Shown: piece by piece, positions 34,556-45,744 of the stretch | How positions within the stretch are numbered: the first letter of the stretch is position 1 | Layout of the letters: the number at the start of each line of letters is the position of its first letter | Assembly (NCBI GenBank): GCA_000002445.1 | Contig: CH464491.1 | Location: 480,001 to 544,000 of the forward strand | DNA from: Trypanosoma brucei | Taxonomy: Eukaryota | Length of the DNA: 64,000 bases | Direction of reading: 5' to 3' | The notes under the pieces: generated by a model | Database searches by the model: none | The model's input: the letters and a program-made list of their open reading frames with translations, nothing else | Told to the model about the DNA's origin: nothing | Position numbers and translations under genes: made by a program

Positions 34556-35695
34556 ACGTTGTTGTTTTTTTTTTTTGCTGAAGAGGCCGCAACTGGCAAC
34601 GATTACAGAAGCAGATGGCTTCCCTCTCTACTCCCCCTCACACCGTAACTGGACCACCATCCCACAACCCCACCAGAACCCAGAGAGCAAAAAGTGCAGA
34701 AAGAAACGGGATAACGTAACGAAACAAATACAGCATAAAAAGGGGTGGTGCGGGAGTGGACTCCCAGGTGAGGACTGCAAAATATATATATATATATGCC
34801 AACATCCATCAGAAGTCGAAGACATTTTTTTTTCTTTCATAATGCAAAATGTAAACACTCACGCCCCTTTTTCTACAGCTTCAGGACACCCCTTATTTCC
34901 AAAGGGAAATAAGTCACACGCATCAGATATGATACGACGCATACGGCTAGGAACGTGGGCGCCGGAGGGGGGGGTCGACCTGAAGGAAAGCGAATAGAAG
35001 AAAAGCGAGAAACGACGAAAAAATAAATAATAAAGAAGGAGCATCGCGCAATAACAATATCTTTCGTCGAGGCTACTCTCAATTCCACACAAACATACGC
35101 GACACATCGAAAACAAAGAAGGTGCAGAGCAACAACATAAAAAAAATGTAAAAGAACGAAAAACCATAACAGCAACGTAACTTATGTTTCTGCTGGTCCG
35201 AAACAAATATGACGAGAAAGATTGATTTAATGGCACCGGGAGGTACAGAAGAATCACTACACCAACTTAAAACAGCGCATATGAAGGGATCAGAGATGGG
35301 GAAAAGTAGCAACCCTAACAGCGTGCGAACAGCACACCTGTAACAGAAAGCACCAACCACAACGTTACTGGTACCGCGTGATTACTATGTTCAGGATGGT
35401 AACGGAAGCGAAAGCGTGGGCTAGTTACCATATCATCATGAAGATAAAAATAAACTCAAACCAGTGAAACGAAAGAGGAGCATCCCCTTAGTGGCGGTCC
35501 ACCGTACATCGAAGGAGACAGCCCCTACCCCCATAGTGGGTACGACCTCATGTGGGTAGGCGAGACAGGTACAACGCAAATGAATGTTGCCGGCATTGGT
35601 TACACAACCAAAGAACAATTCACACCGCAGCAACACAAAACGGGCCTCCAAACTCCGGAGAAGTGCGAAAAAATAAAAGCACCACAAAAAGGATT

Positions 35696-36700
35696 TCAAG
35701 GCCAATCCCTGTAAGGGGTAGGGAGCAATACTCCGCTTTCAGCGAGTTGCACACTTCTGTCCAGGTCAAACTTCTCATCAATGATCGATCCGAGCAATGT
35801 CATATCATCAAGCCTTCCACCTCGGTAGTTGGCACCATTCTCAATTGCTTTATTAGAGTATGGCGTATTGCACTTGACATCACGCGCATTTGCACTAGCC
35901 ACCCGCACAACTTCATCCACCCCAGCGGAAAGGGCCCTCAGGACGTCATCAGGTGGGATTATTTTAGTTGCAACATCATATTGAGATGGCCGATCAAAAT
36001 CTAACGCATACCTCCCACACACAGGACCTACAAATTTCCACACCAGCTCCGCGATATCATGTTTAAAAACGTTATCAAAGATCCCATCGCTGCCCAAAAG
36101 TAGCACGTCCCCGGGCCGCACAACAACACGATATTGCAGCGAATGCACAGGAATGTCGGCACTACCCTGCCCTAGCTGAAAAGGATAATCAAAAGAATGC
36201 ATCTGTTCATCGGACACAAAAACGATCCTACCATCACGAATTATCATCGACGTACAATCACCAATACTGCACACATCCAACATACAATTACTAAATTTCG
36301 CACTAACGGAACAAGACGCATCGGCGGCACAACAAGGGCGCTGCAACGTAGCCACAAGAGCAGTCGAAGTACCGTGAATCTCATCCGACAAGCAGGCGTC
36401 ATAGGCACGCTGCAACAGTTCACACGAGGATAACGGCAACGAACCCAATGCATCATCTTCCACAAAAGAATACATGAACTTCGCCAACGCAGCACTATAA
36501 AGACCGGAATCAACACCAGCATATTCCTTCCACCAGCTCACACCATCAAAAACACACTGTACTTCCGACATTGAAAGAAACGCGTCTTCACCGCCACATG
36601 TCGAACGTTTGGGATGAGAAACAAGGTTCACCGCACGCAGATCAAACGCAAGGCTTCTTCCTCCCACATTGTGTCTCAACAACAACTTTACCACATGCAT
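35696..36700 (-). CDS. PP2C-family (PPM) protein phosphatase, PTC7-like.
   Basis: GGEDAF...DGVSWW motif near the N-terminus and the LLLGSDGIFDNV metal-binding motif near the C-terminus. Confidence 0.65.
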   Translation of the reverse strand: MHVVKLLLRHNVGGRSLAFDLRAVNLVSHPKRSTCGGEDAFLSMSEVQCVFDGVSWWKEYAGVDSGLYSAALAKFMYSFVEDDALGSLPLSSCELLQRAYDACLSDEIHGTSTALVATLQRPCCAADASCSVSAKFSNCMLDVCSIGDCTSMIIRDGRIVFVSDEQMHSFDYPFQLGQGSADIPVHSLQYRVVVRPGDVLLLGSDGIFDNVFKHDIAELVWKFVGPVCGRYALDFDRPSQYDVATKIIPPDDVLRALSAGVDEVVRVASANARDVKCNTPYSNKAIENGANYRGGRLDDMTLLGSIIDEKFDLDRSVQLAESGVLLPTPYRDWP

Positions 36701-36994
36701 ATAAGTCAGAATACTTTATACAAAGGGAAAAATGAAACTAAAAACAGTAACATCAAGAAGAATACACGCTCTCTGCAACGCTACGACACCAACACCGCAT
36801 GGCGGTACATAAGACGCAACCCACAAATGAAAATATCCAATAAAAACGGTAGAAGGGAACTAAACAAAAAAGATAGGAAAAATCTAACTCCGTCCTGGAG
36901 GGACGCACGAGGACGTCCTGAAACGTGTGACAGCTTTCTCCCACACTCAGGTAAACCTCATAGCGTGTCTAATAGCGGGCAGCAGCGGATGCGC

Positions 36995-37225
36995 TCACGC
37001 CTTCTTAGCGGCGGCCTTCTTGCCGGCAACCTTCTTGGGGGCAACCTTTTTGGGAGCGGCCTTCTTGGCTAAAGGTTTCTTGGCAACAGCCTTTTTGGGA
37101 GCAGCCTTCTTAGCGACAGCCTTCTTTGGAGCAGCCTTCTTAGCGACAGCCTTCTTTGGAGCAGCCTTTTTGGGGGCTGCCTTCTTGGCCACAGCTTTCT
37201 TGGGAGCAGCAGATGCCTTCGCCAT
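36995..37225 (-). CDS. H1: Histone H1 (kinetoplastid short form, AKKAAPKK repeats, 76 aa), copy 1.
   Basis: [20 protein letters not shown].... Lysine/alanine/proline repeats and no globular domain. It sits inside a longer track ORF whose N-terminus is 5' UTR. Confidence 0.85.
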   Translation of the reverse strand: MAKASAAPKKAVAKKAAPKKAAPKKAVAKKAAPKKAVAKKAAPKKAVAKKPLAKKAAPKKVAPKKVAGKKAAAKKA

Positions 37226-37651
37226 ACTTCCGAGTGTTGATAAGATTGCGACTTCTTCCACAGGGAGAAAGAGAAAAATGAAAGCAAAATAAAATGAATG
37301 TGAAAGAACATGAGAATACAATGAGTTTGGAGGAAATAAGCGGAAAGGAAAAAGACCTACAGCAATACTATTGGACCACAACCATACACAGGCAGTTAAA
37401 ATAGCCACACATCAGGATGATATGCTCTTTGCAACGCTACGACACCAACACCGCATGGCGGTACATAAGACGCAACCCACAAACGAAACATATCCAATAA
37501 AAACGGTAGAAGGGAACTAAACAAAAAAGATAGGAAAAATCTAACTCCGTCCTGGAGAGACGCACGAGGACGTCCTGAAACGTGTGACAGCTTTCTCCCA
37601 CACTCAGGTAAACCTCATAGCGTGTCTAATAGCGGGCAGCAGCGGATGCGC

Positions 37652-37894
37652 TCACGCCTTCTTAGCGGCGGCCTTCTTGCCGGCAACCTTCTTCGGGGCA
37701 ACTTTTTTGGGAGCGGCCTTCTTGGCGACAGCTTTCTTGGGAGCAGCCTTCTTAGCGACAACCTTCTTAGCTAAAGGTTTCTTGGCAACAGCCTTCTTTG
37801 GAGCAGCCTTTTTGGCCACAGTTTTCTTTGGAGCGGCCTTTTTGGCTGCAACCTTCTTTGGGGTGGCCTTCACAGTAGCGGTTGTGTTGTTCAT
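37652..37894 (-). CDS. H1: Histone H1 variant (80 aa) with a divergent N-terminus [14 protein letters not shown], copy 2.
   Basis: Same AKK/PKK repeat body and C-terminus (GKKAAAKKA) as the other copies, with a unique N-terminus and 5' flank. Confidence 0.8.
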   Translation of the reverse strand: MNNTTATVKATPKKVAAKKAAPKKTVAKKAAPKKAVAKKPLAKKVVAKKAAPKKAVAKKAAPKKVAPKKVAGKKAAAKKA

Positions 37895-39051
37895 TCTTGT
37901 GGGGAGTCGATAAAGAGCTTTCTATGCAAATAAACAGGAGAGGAAAAACTGCGAAAGGGGAGCGAGCTGACCGAGGAACAAAACAATGAATCTGCAGTAA
38001 GTTGCCGCCCAGGCAAGGCGACGAGCTAGTGGCACGGTGTAAAGGAGAATAACAGCATGTTCGGGTGAAGAGTCTGAATTTGGAGCACCTAACCTTGTTA
38101 TAACCACCTACTCACATCTCCTTCCACAGGACCTAGGGGAAACATTAGTGGGGGACACAGAAGAATATATTTATATATGAAACGGAAGGAACCCAAAGTT
38201 TCCTGCGAAACTTCTTGATGGGTTCCCACAGGAGTTAAAGGGTTCTAAGACAACAGACGGTAAGGGAGGCGAGCCCCCCACCCGGGTGTACAATAGACGC
38301 AATATGACATTGAGGAAGTAATTTTCGTGGAAAAACTGGATAGCAACACACTGCTAATGGTGAATACATCCTTTTCTGGACGCAAAAAAATGCAAAACAG
38401 TTGAAGTCAAAGGAATGATCTAACCTTTTCCACCCACGCACACCCACGTATATGCTCATATTTTGCCGCTTCACAAAAAAAAAGGTGTTCCTTTACCCAC
38501 GCACAAGCACCTGATGTACATTGAATTTGTATACATGCATCGACAGCGCTGATGCGGATGGAAGGGTAAAAGCAGGAAAGAGGTGTGAGAGAACGCGAAA
38601 AATAACAACTGCAAACGTGTCAAATAATATGGCGGAAGTTATGGCCCGACTTAGTGGTTGCCACCTAATACTTTGCTTGCTCCCGCTTCATGTCGCCCCC
38701 ACACCTCCATAGCGAAAAGCAACCAAAAAACTTACAATAAGGGCCAGTGGTAAACGAGGTGTCGATATGCCGATGTCTCCAAAACAACAAGGGTATGCAC
38801 AAAGTAATAAGAACAAAACACCCGCAGAAGGGAAGCATGAAAACAGACGCTGAAGGAATCAAGTCAAGAAAAAAATTAAGGAAACGTTCCTCTCCTTTAC
38901 GCGTACACACAATTTTATGTGACCCCCAGAACAATACTGAATAATAACCATTCCATGTTGCGTACATCAAAGGCCACATCAATCCAACCGCGACCGCTAC
39001 GTGAAAACAAAGTGACGCGCAAAGATAATAAGGTCCCATCCCTTCAATCAC

Positions 39052-40008
39052 TTACCGTTTAAAACAGCAAAATACCCTACTGAAAAATGAACGTTTAGGC
39101 TTGCTTGCGACCTGGCCATTCTGCGCGGGGGACACTTGTCGGTTAACCTTCGCCGTCGCTGCCCTGCCGCCGTTACCGGTGCTGCCTACACTACGATGGC
39201 CCGAGTCACCCGACACACCACCAAGAGGGTGATTTGTGGGGCGTGCGCCGCTGCCTGGCTGCCTTCCCTGAAGGGGACGACCGGGATGGCCACGGACTCC
39301 CGGGTTCTTGGGAATGCGCGGCTCGCGCCTACTATACCGTTGATGCGCTGTGGGCGAAAGGTGATCATCCAAAGAGGTAGGTGACGTTCTCCGAGGGGGG
39401 GGCTCCTGGTCATCCGCAACGCCTCTCAGGGTCTCCGAATCGCACATGGGGCAAACATTACTACGCTGCTTCCAAGCCATCAGGCAGGGCATGTGAAAGT
39501 GGTGTTTGCATTCACCATAGAGAATAGGATTTTCTTCATTGTATCCTTCTAAGCAAATGCAACACACTAACTCATCTTCGTCACAGCTCTTCGGATTCGT
39601 TGCTACAACAATTTCATCACCGCTTTTACTGCAAGATCCATTCTTGTGCTGTTGCGCACATAACGAGTCATTTTCGCCTCCACAAGAAGACCCCCCTCCT
39701 AACGTTGGATTTGGGTTCGAAAACTGGGTCCAGGACGGCCTCCTCTTTACAACAGACCTTTTAATTTCACCATCTGTAGTGCCACAATTACCCGCTTCCG
39801 GAGGCATTTGATCTGCAGACGCCTGGTCGCCATTACTTCCTCCGCCATCCGCGATCCGTGGACCATCACCCATGTTCGAATGAGCATCCCTAGAGCCCGT
39901 TGGCGGCACCCTTTGAACGATTCCGATGCCTTCACTAGGTACAACAGGCCCAGCACCGACTAAAGCATCATTCTGTGACAACTGTTTGCCACACTTATCG
40001 GCGATCAT
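39052..40008 (-). CDS. RING-H2 zinc-finger protein, a putative E3 ubiquitin ligase.
   Basis: CCICLEGYNEENPILYGECKHHFHMPCLMAWKQRSNVCPMCD (C3H2C3). The track start at 40029 is GTG and the first ATG is at 40006-40008. The ORF ends in a single TAA followed in frame by a 128-codon hydrophobic ORF (see findings). Confidence 0.65.
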   Translation of the reverse strand: MIADKCGKQLSQNDALVGAGPVVPSEGIGIVQRVPPTGSRDAHSNMGDGPRIADGGGSNGDQASADQMPPEAGNCGTTDGEIKRSVVKRRPSWTQFSNPNPTLGGGSSCGGENDSLCAQQHKNGSCSKSGDEIVVATNPKSCDEDELVCCICLEGYNEENPILYGECKHHFHMPCLMAWKQRSNVCPMCDSETLRGVADDQEPPPRRTSPTSLDDHLSPTAHQRYSRREPRIPKNPGVRGHPGRPLQGRQPGSGARPTNHPLGGVSGDSGHRSVGSTGNGGRAATAKVNRQVSPAQNGQVASKPKRSFFSRVFCCFKR

Positions 40009-40578
40009 CGTACGGTACACGACACGCACAAGCAGCGTGAAACGCTACAAGTTAGAGTCCAGATCTCTAGATACGCACCACAAATTTGTAAAGCAAAAGG
40101 GGAGAAATAATTCCAAAAAGAAAAAAGCAGCTCTAACGCAAGTGAAACAGCTTAGGAAAGGTAGACCTTGCTCAAAACACCACTAACGCATCTGGGACTG
40201 AGCGGCCTACCGTAGGTCACCGGCCGAAAAGCCAGATACCTTAGTTAAATGGCTAAAATTAATGGGTCCATCCACACGGACACACAGAGGGGCACAAGAG
40301 GGGGGGAACAAATAAAGGAAACGGGAAAAAACAGAGCGGAAAGAGCAGCGCTGGTAGTGGTGTCATGATTGACATCCAACCGAAACGAAAACCAAACTCC
40401 ACCGTACGTCGTGGAAAGTGCGAACGTGAGAAAACACTCAAGAATTATTCCTTTCTTCGTGTTTTTTGAGTGACGTTTAGTGGGGTATATACACATGTAT
40501 GCGCATACATATGCATACGTCACCAGACACGTGCCGAATATAAAACTTTGTCGGAAACATTAGTAACGCCGGTATTCC

Positions 40579-42465
40579 TCACGTAGCCGACATCAAATAA
40601 AGATCTCTGTCCTCACGATCACGCAGCGCTGCAAGAATCGCCGAAGTGTGCAAGCACCCCATCTCACAGATGATCATGTCAATGTAAGCGGCTGGCGTAA
40701 GGTCATAGAGGTAACCGGAGCTGGGTGGGGCATCCGTCTGCAGCAACCGGGACGGCTCTTCGTTCGTACCTCGGCCGGAGAGACCACCGGAATTGCACTG
40801 ACCCCAGCCCTTCTTGACATCCATTAATTCACGGCTACCGTGCGATAAGGGGCTCCAGTTGCCTGGACTTCGGATTCGGAGCTCGCCGCGGTGAGGCTGC
40901 CGCATGTCGGTCAGCCTGGTATTTTGTCCAAGATTACCGAGCCACACCTCTGGGACAAACTTAATGCTCTCACTGAAGCACAGAACGGGTTTGCGAAATT
41001 GCTTCGCGCTTGAGACCACGACAGCCGTGCCACAGCGGCTAAACACATCACCGTTCTGAAGAACGGCGGCTGCCCCAATAAAAACGCGAGTGCATCTGGG
41101 CATGAGTGTGCAACACGTCGTAATAAGCCCGTATGTGACGTCAAGGCCGCTGCACGAAAGCCTCGTTGCAAGGGCACGACCTTCGTAAAGTGGAGCTGAA
41201 TCAACGACGATAACCTTCGGCTTACTTGCAAGGCGCGGGTTATTCGCTGCAGCAAGGAGAATGAGCTCGACGGTACTACTCCTACCAAACACAAGAATTG
41301 TGTCGTTAGAGGAAAGATGGGGTTCTGCGCGATCCTCGACGATGCTCTTTATAGAGAGTTGAAGCTCCCGCTCGATGGCGCCTAAAACTTTCAGTGCCAA
41401 ATCACGAGGGCTGATGTCAAGGAAGCATGTTTCATTCCTATCCCGCCCGACGGCAGTAGATTGAACACACATTGAACTCTCTAGTCGCGCGGATCTTAGT
41501 GAGGCAAACAAATCGTCCGCGGAAAACCGCGCCTTCTCTCTCTGTGACAGCAATGCAACTACACGACGCACTAAAGAATCCTTAGCGTTGGTCATACCTG
41601 CAGACGGTGCGCGACTTCGGCATAGAAAGTCGAAATTAACCTTGATCAGACTTTCAAACTCTTTTGAAGGAAAGTGGTTAACAGTGGAACCAGACAACGT
41701 TGGAGACGATTTCAGTAACGCTTTGAAGGCTTCAATCATCGCGAAGGTACGGGCATTTCCTCCAACAACCATCATGGACTCCATCATCAGCGCCAACTCC
41801 GCAACCTGATAGTGCACTCCCTCACAGTCGATATCGTTCCGAGGGGAAACGATGGCGCACGGTGAGCCTGTCACGGAGCGGTCAATGTGCTCCTGAACAA
41901 CAGCCTGCACGTCCACAAAGAGTTGCTCATCACGCATCTGTGATCCCGCCGTCCCAGCACTCACAGTAACAGCCACTCTCTCGCCCAGGTCATCTGTCAC
42001 ATAACCCGCCCGTCTCTCCTCCTTGCTCACGGCCTTCTGTCGGGATGTGTGCGCACTGGGGGCCAGATCCCGCCTTATGCGCGGTGTTGACAACGCTTTC
42101 GGAGTCTTCACTCCTGCACCCCTCGGTGTCAAGGACTTGAGGGGGTCCTTTCTGGGAGATCCAACTAGGCGGGGAGCCGCCGAGGTCCCGCGACGCGGTG
42201 ATTTCGATTCAACACTACTCTTCTTTTCTTCCTGCTGCGAGGCGACGCCTTTCTCCAGTTGGTCCACCTCGTTCTTAAGTTTCTCCATTTCCTCCATAGT
42301 CACCTGGAAGACAGTGTCGGAAGGCTTAAGGGCCTTCATCTTCTTCTCAAGTTTTCGTAGAGCGTCCTTTCTGCGCTTCAGCTCCCGCTGCAGCCTTACC
42401 GCCGCTCTTGCCTCATCACTATCCTGTCCAATAAGGGACATTGCGGCTCCCACTGCGGAGGACAT
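40579..42465 (-). CDS. Translation initiation factor eIF2B delta-like subunit (IF-2B family).
   Basis: The C-terminal IF-2B domain is colinear with eIF2B-delta (ILVFGRSSTVELILLAAANN, KVIVVDSAPLYEGRALATRLSCSGLDVTY, AVLQNGDVFSRCGTAVVVSSAKQFRKPVLCFSESIKF). The N-terminal extension is basic and coiled-coil. Start set at the internal ATG (MSSAVGAAMSL). Confidence 0.7.
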   Translation of the reverse strand: MSSAVGAAMSLIGQDSDEARAAVRLQRELKRRKDALRKLEKKMKALKPSDTVFQVTMEEMEKLKNEVDQLEKGVASQQEEKKSSVESKSPRRGTSAAPRLVGSPRKDPLKSLTPRGAGVKTPKALSTPRIRRDLAPSAHTSRQKAVSKEERRAGYVTDDLGERVAVTVSAGTAGSQMRDEQLFVDVQAVVQEHIDRSVTGSPCAIVSPRNDIDCEGVHYQVAELALMMESMMVVGGNARTFAMIEAFKALLKSSPTLSGSTVNHFPSKEFESLIKVNFDFLCRSRAPSAGMTNAKDSLVRRVVALLSQREKARFSADDLFASLRSARLESSMCVQSTAVGRDRNETCFLDISPRDLALKVLGAIERELQLSIKSIVEDRAEPHLSSNDTILVFGRSSTVELILLAAANNPRLASKPKVIVVDSAPLYEGRALATRLSCSGLDVTYGLITTCCTLMPRCTRVFIGAAAVLQNGDVFSRCGTAVVVSSAKQFRKPVLCFSESIKFVPEVWLGNLGQNTRLTDMRQPHRGELRIRSPGNWSPLSHGSRELMDVKKGWGQCNSGGLSGRGTNEEPSRLLQTDAPPSSGYLYDLTPAAYIDMIICEMGCLHTSAILAALRDREDRDLYLMSAT

Positions 42466-44031
42466 CAGCAAGGGCAGCGCACGAAAAATAGGAAAGAGTA
42501 AAACTCGCCTGAGTGGGAAACTACTGATCAAGTGAATGAAAGCAAGCAAAAAATATATAGGGAAGCGAGTGAGTAAATGAGTGGGTTCTCGAACAGCTGT
42601 TAACACTGCACATCATGAGAAACGGAGTGACTTGAAAGCACAAGATGGACCCCTTCCCCTGCAATGCACAGTTAATTGCGGTGCTCAATTGACCGTTCAC
42701 GTTAACAAACATTCGAGCAAACATCAGTGCCCTTGACGAAGCACAAGTGGTCGTTGGCTGCATTTATTTTGGATCCTACTTATCCGCGTCACTCGCTACC
42801 CCTCTCCTAACCCCTGCTGCTCATCGCAACAAGAAAATCCGTCTTTCAATTGTTCGACGGCCTCCACCAAATTAAACATATTTCTTTCCATTTATTATGC
42901 GGGTGTGGAAGAAAAAGCGCACGGAGCACAACCGTAGCAATCTCTCATACATGTTTCACCTCACCAGTAATGAGAGATGTGGACAACTCCACAATCCACC
43001 AACCGTTTGTTTTCTTTTCTTTTTTGCCTCCCGATAACTTTTGACGGCACCAAACGTAAATGCTACGCGCAAAAGAGGTGTTGAGAACATATGTGACTGT
43101 ATATGTGCGTGCAAGGGTCCTGGCATACTGCCACCTTTACACTCTACCTTTTCTCTTCCGTACCCCATTAAATTGTTCGCTGAATTACCAATAATATTTA
43201 AAAAATAAACGCCAAACCCGAACAACAAAAACAAAAAATACGCATAAACATAAATAAATATATACAAACATGTGCGATATTGCATAATGGTTTACGAAGA
43301 ATATCCCTAATGTTGGATACACTCGCGCCGACTTATCTCCTCAATACACTCCCACACCCCCTCCCTTTCCCACGCGTTCATGCGCATGTGGGAAAACGGA
43401 AAAAAAAACGATCGGAAAATTGTGTCAGGAAAGAGAGATCAGAAAAATATAACGCCAACAAAAACACTAACAAGATCAGAATGCAACAAATACAGGAGAC
43501 AAGTGCCGTTCAAAAGAAAAAAATTAAGATAACGTTCGACCGAGCGGTACTGATTCACCCGGTAGAGAAGTGGGGAGGAAGACCCAACGCTTATTCACGA
43601 GATAAATAGGGGGACGGCCTCCTCCTCCGCTAGATCAGTTAAATGAAGGGACCACAACAAAAATACTAAAAAGAGTAAGAGGGATGAGAAAGAACTAAAT
43701 GATTGTCAAACGATACACAACCCGTCCCATTAAGGCGCGTCACAACGAAAGCGAAAGGAACAAGAAGAGGGCCAATTTACATACTGTCACATGTATAAAC
43801 GACACTGAGGGGAAAAGAAAAAAAGGTACAATTTTTGTAATGTTTCTCTTTTCACTCATTTCCCTCCATTCCCCACTCCTCATTGTCATCTATCCCACAA
43901 TATTGTGTGCATTATAAATCTGATGTAAGGAGAATAAACGATTCAGTCTAGTGGAAAGACAAAACAGAAATAGATAAGTAAATGAAGAACTCAATTAATT
44001 GACGAAAAGGGAAGCGAGGCGCCCTGTGACT

Positions 44032-45744
44032 CTACGAAGCTTTCGCATCCCTAGTGAACATCGGTATCTCACCCCATACGCAAGCACCACGGAGCATAAT
44101 ATATATACCGAGGCCAAACACAATTGCACCAATGAAAAAACCTGCACCCAACACCATCGTTCCTGCCGTGATGTCCCCGCATGCTTCTAGAGACTCTACA
44201 ATCTTGTCGATTACGAAGTTGCACTCAAGTAGCGGCCTGGCATACGACCACGCGATGGTTACGTTCTGCACTCTCTCAATCTGACTTGTTGCGCGAACCG
44301 CAAGCTCCTGTAATTGATCGTTTTCACAACGCGCGGCACACTCCGTAAGGTTGCACGCCTTTCCGGCCTCTCCACATGGGTTTAAGGAACCTTTAACTTC
44401 CGCCGTCAACACAAGTGCGGACATCGCATCAAACGTCGTACACTGCGAGGCGTCTGTAAATCCTTCTTGACAGTTTAGCACAGGGACCGCGGGAAGATCC
44501 GGAAAATTCGGCCCCTCGGAAATTCCAGGCAGACCCGAGTGGTCACGCACAGGTGTTGGATGCGGTGGACCCCCCGCCCTATCGCTTGCAGGAGGAACAT
44601 TTCCGTGTTTGTGGCTTGTGTTCTCCAAGGCCTTTTCATTTGGATATTCGCCACCGGGTGGCAGCAACCTGTTTCTCTCACCAGGGTGAGGATCAGCACG
44701 ATCCACTACGCCACCGGGGCCCCGAAGCTTACGTCTGTCACAGAACGGTAGAACTGCCTTGCAGACACCCTGAGACAGCTGCAACTCAGCGGCCATAATG
44801 CCCTTGTTTAACTGTTGGAAATTAAAAAACTCTTTACAAACAGGGACGCCATACCACTGAATCAGCCCTGGATCCCGCCCATGGTGTCGCTCCACTTCGC
44901 CGCAGGTAAGGGTGGCGAAGTACGCCAGAATCGTCAACAGAAGTCCGAGCACGGCGAAGGCAAGACCAAAAATCCAATAGACGAACGAGATACATATTGG
45001 AAACCCCGGAATGCAGCACTTGAACATGGCAAAAGGGAGAATAACAAGTACCATAACGAAACCAAGGCTTCCGACAACGTAGGACGCGATGGAGACCTTG
45101 TCAAAGTGTACAAAGACTGTTGCACGGACTGCGGACACGCCTTCCATTACCTTCTTCTGCATGCTGGAAAACTCGGAGAAGTCAATCGTAAAGTCACCTG
45201 GTTCCCTCCGCTCACCCGAGCTCCAGTCATATGTGTAATCCATTACACTTTCTGCTGTTTGATTAAAGTACGACAAGGGTCCAGAGACTGCGTCGTCGAC
45301 GAACGTTGGAACAGCCTTCGTCACCGTCCGAGTCCCGTATACGATAAGAAAAAAAACCATAACGCTCCAAAGTAGGGCATACACGATGTACAACCACAAA
45401 CAGCAACGGGCCTGATTCCTGCTCTTCTTCGTTTCCGGTTTACAGCAGTTTGCACCACAACAGCCGCAACAGTTACAGCATATGGAGCAAATGAATACAA
45501 GAGGGAAGCTTACCAACAGTACTGCAAGAAGTACAGCACTTAGAAACGGCAAAACAAAGAGCTTCCACTGAGACCGCATGCGCTCTGCATTGAGTATACA
45601 CGCCTGAACGTCATTACTGGTACTCGGGCCATCCCACACATTCTCGCATTGAAACGAACCCTCTCTAGTTGCGGATGCTGGCGTGGCGGCAAACAGTAAC
45701 ACCAACCCCACTGCCAGAGCTGCTGACCTCAGGGCATTATACAT
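44032..45744 (-). CDS. Polytopic membrane protein (570 aa) with a signal peptide, a cysteine cluster (CSICCNCCGCCGANCC) and several TM helices. Hypothetical.
   Basis: ATG at 45742-45744. The N-terminal hydrophobic signal, multiple long hydrophobic helices and N-glycosylation sequons suggest a secretory-pathway protein. Confidence 0.55.
   Translation of the reverse strand: MYNALRSAALAVGLVLLFAATPASATREGSFQCENVWDGPSTSNDVQACILNAERMRSQWKLFVLPFLSAVLLAVLLVSFPLVFICSICCNCCGCCGANCCKPETKKSRNQARCCLWLYIVYALLWSVMVFFLIVYGTRTVTKAVPTFVDDAVSGPLSYFNQTAESVMDYTYDWSSGERREPGDFTIDFSEFSSMQKKVMEGVSAVRATVFVHFDKVSIASYVVGSLGFVMVLVILPFAMFKCCIPGFPICISFVYWIFGLAFAVLGLLLTILAYFATLTCGEVERHHGRDPGLIQWYGVPVCKEFFNFQQLNKGIMAAELQLSQGVCKAVLPFCDRRKLRGPGGVVDRADPHPGERNRLLPPGGEYPNEKALENTSHKHGNVPPASDRAGGPPHPTPVRDHSGLPGISEGPNFPDLPAVPVLNCQEGFTDASQCTTFDAMSALVLTAEVKGSLNPCGEAGKACNLTECAARCENDQLQELAVRATSQIERVQNVTIAWSYARPLLECNFVIDKIVESLEACGDITAGTMVLGAGFFIGAIVFGLGIYIMLRGACVWGEIPMFTRDAKAS

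Larger units (their letters stand above)
36765..37900. repeat. Tandem histone H1 array 1: two units of about 650 bp (CDS plus conserved 5' and 3' flanks).
   Basis: Near-identical flank blocks (ctctttgcaacgctacgacaccaacaccgcatggcggtacataagacgcaacccacaa...) recur at about 36767 and 37425. Confidence 0.85.

Noticed and set aside
36927-37913. Plus-strand ORFs antisense to the H1 genes (36927-37292, 37584-37913, and similarly 52535-54191) encoding AAFLGA repeats.
   Set aside because: They are mirror-image artefacts of the GCC/AAG/AAA codon repeats of the H1 genes. They have low complexity and the wrong strand for the PTU.
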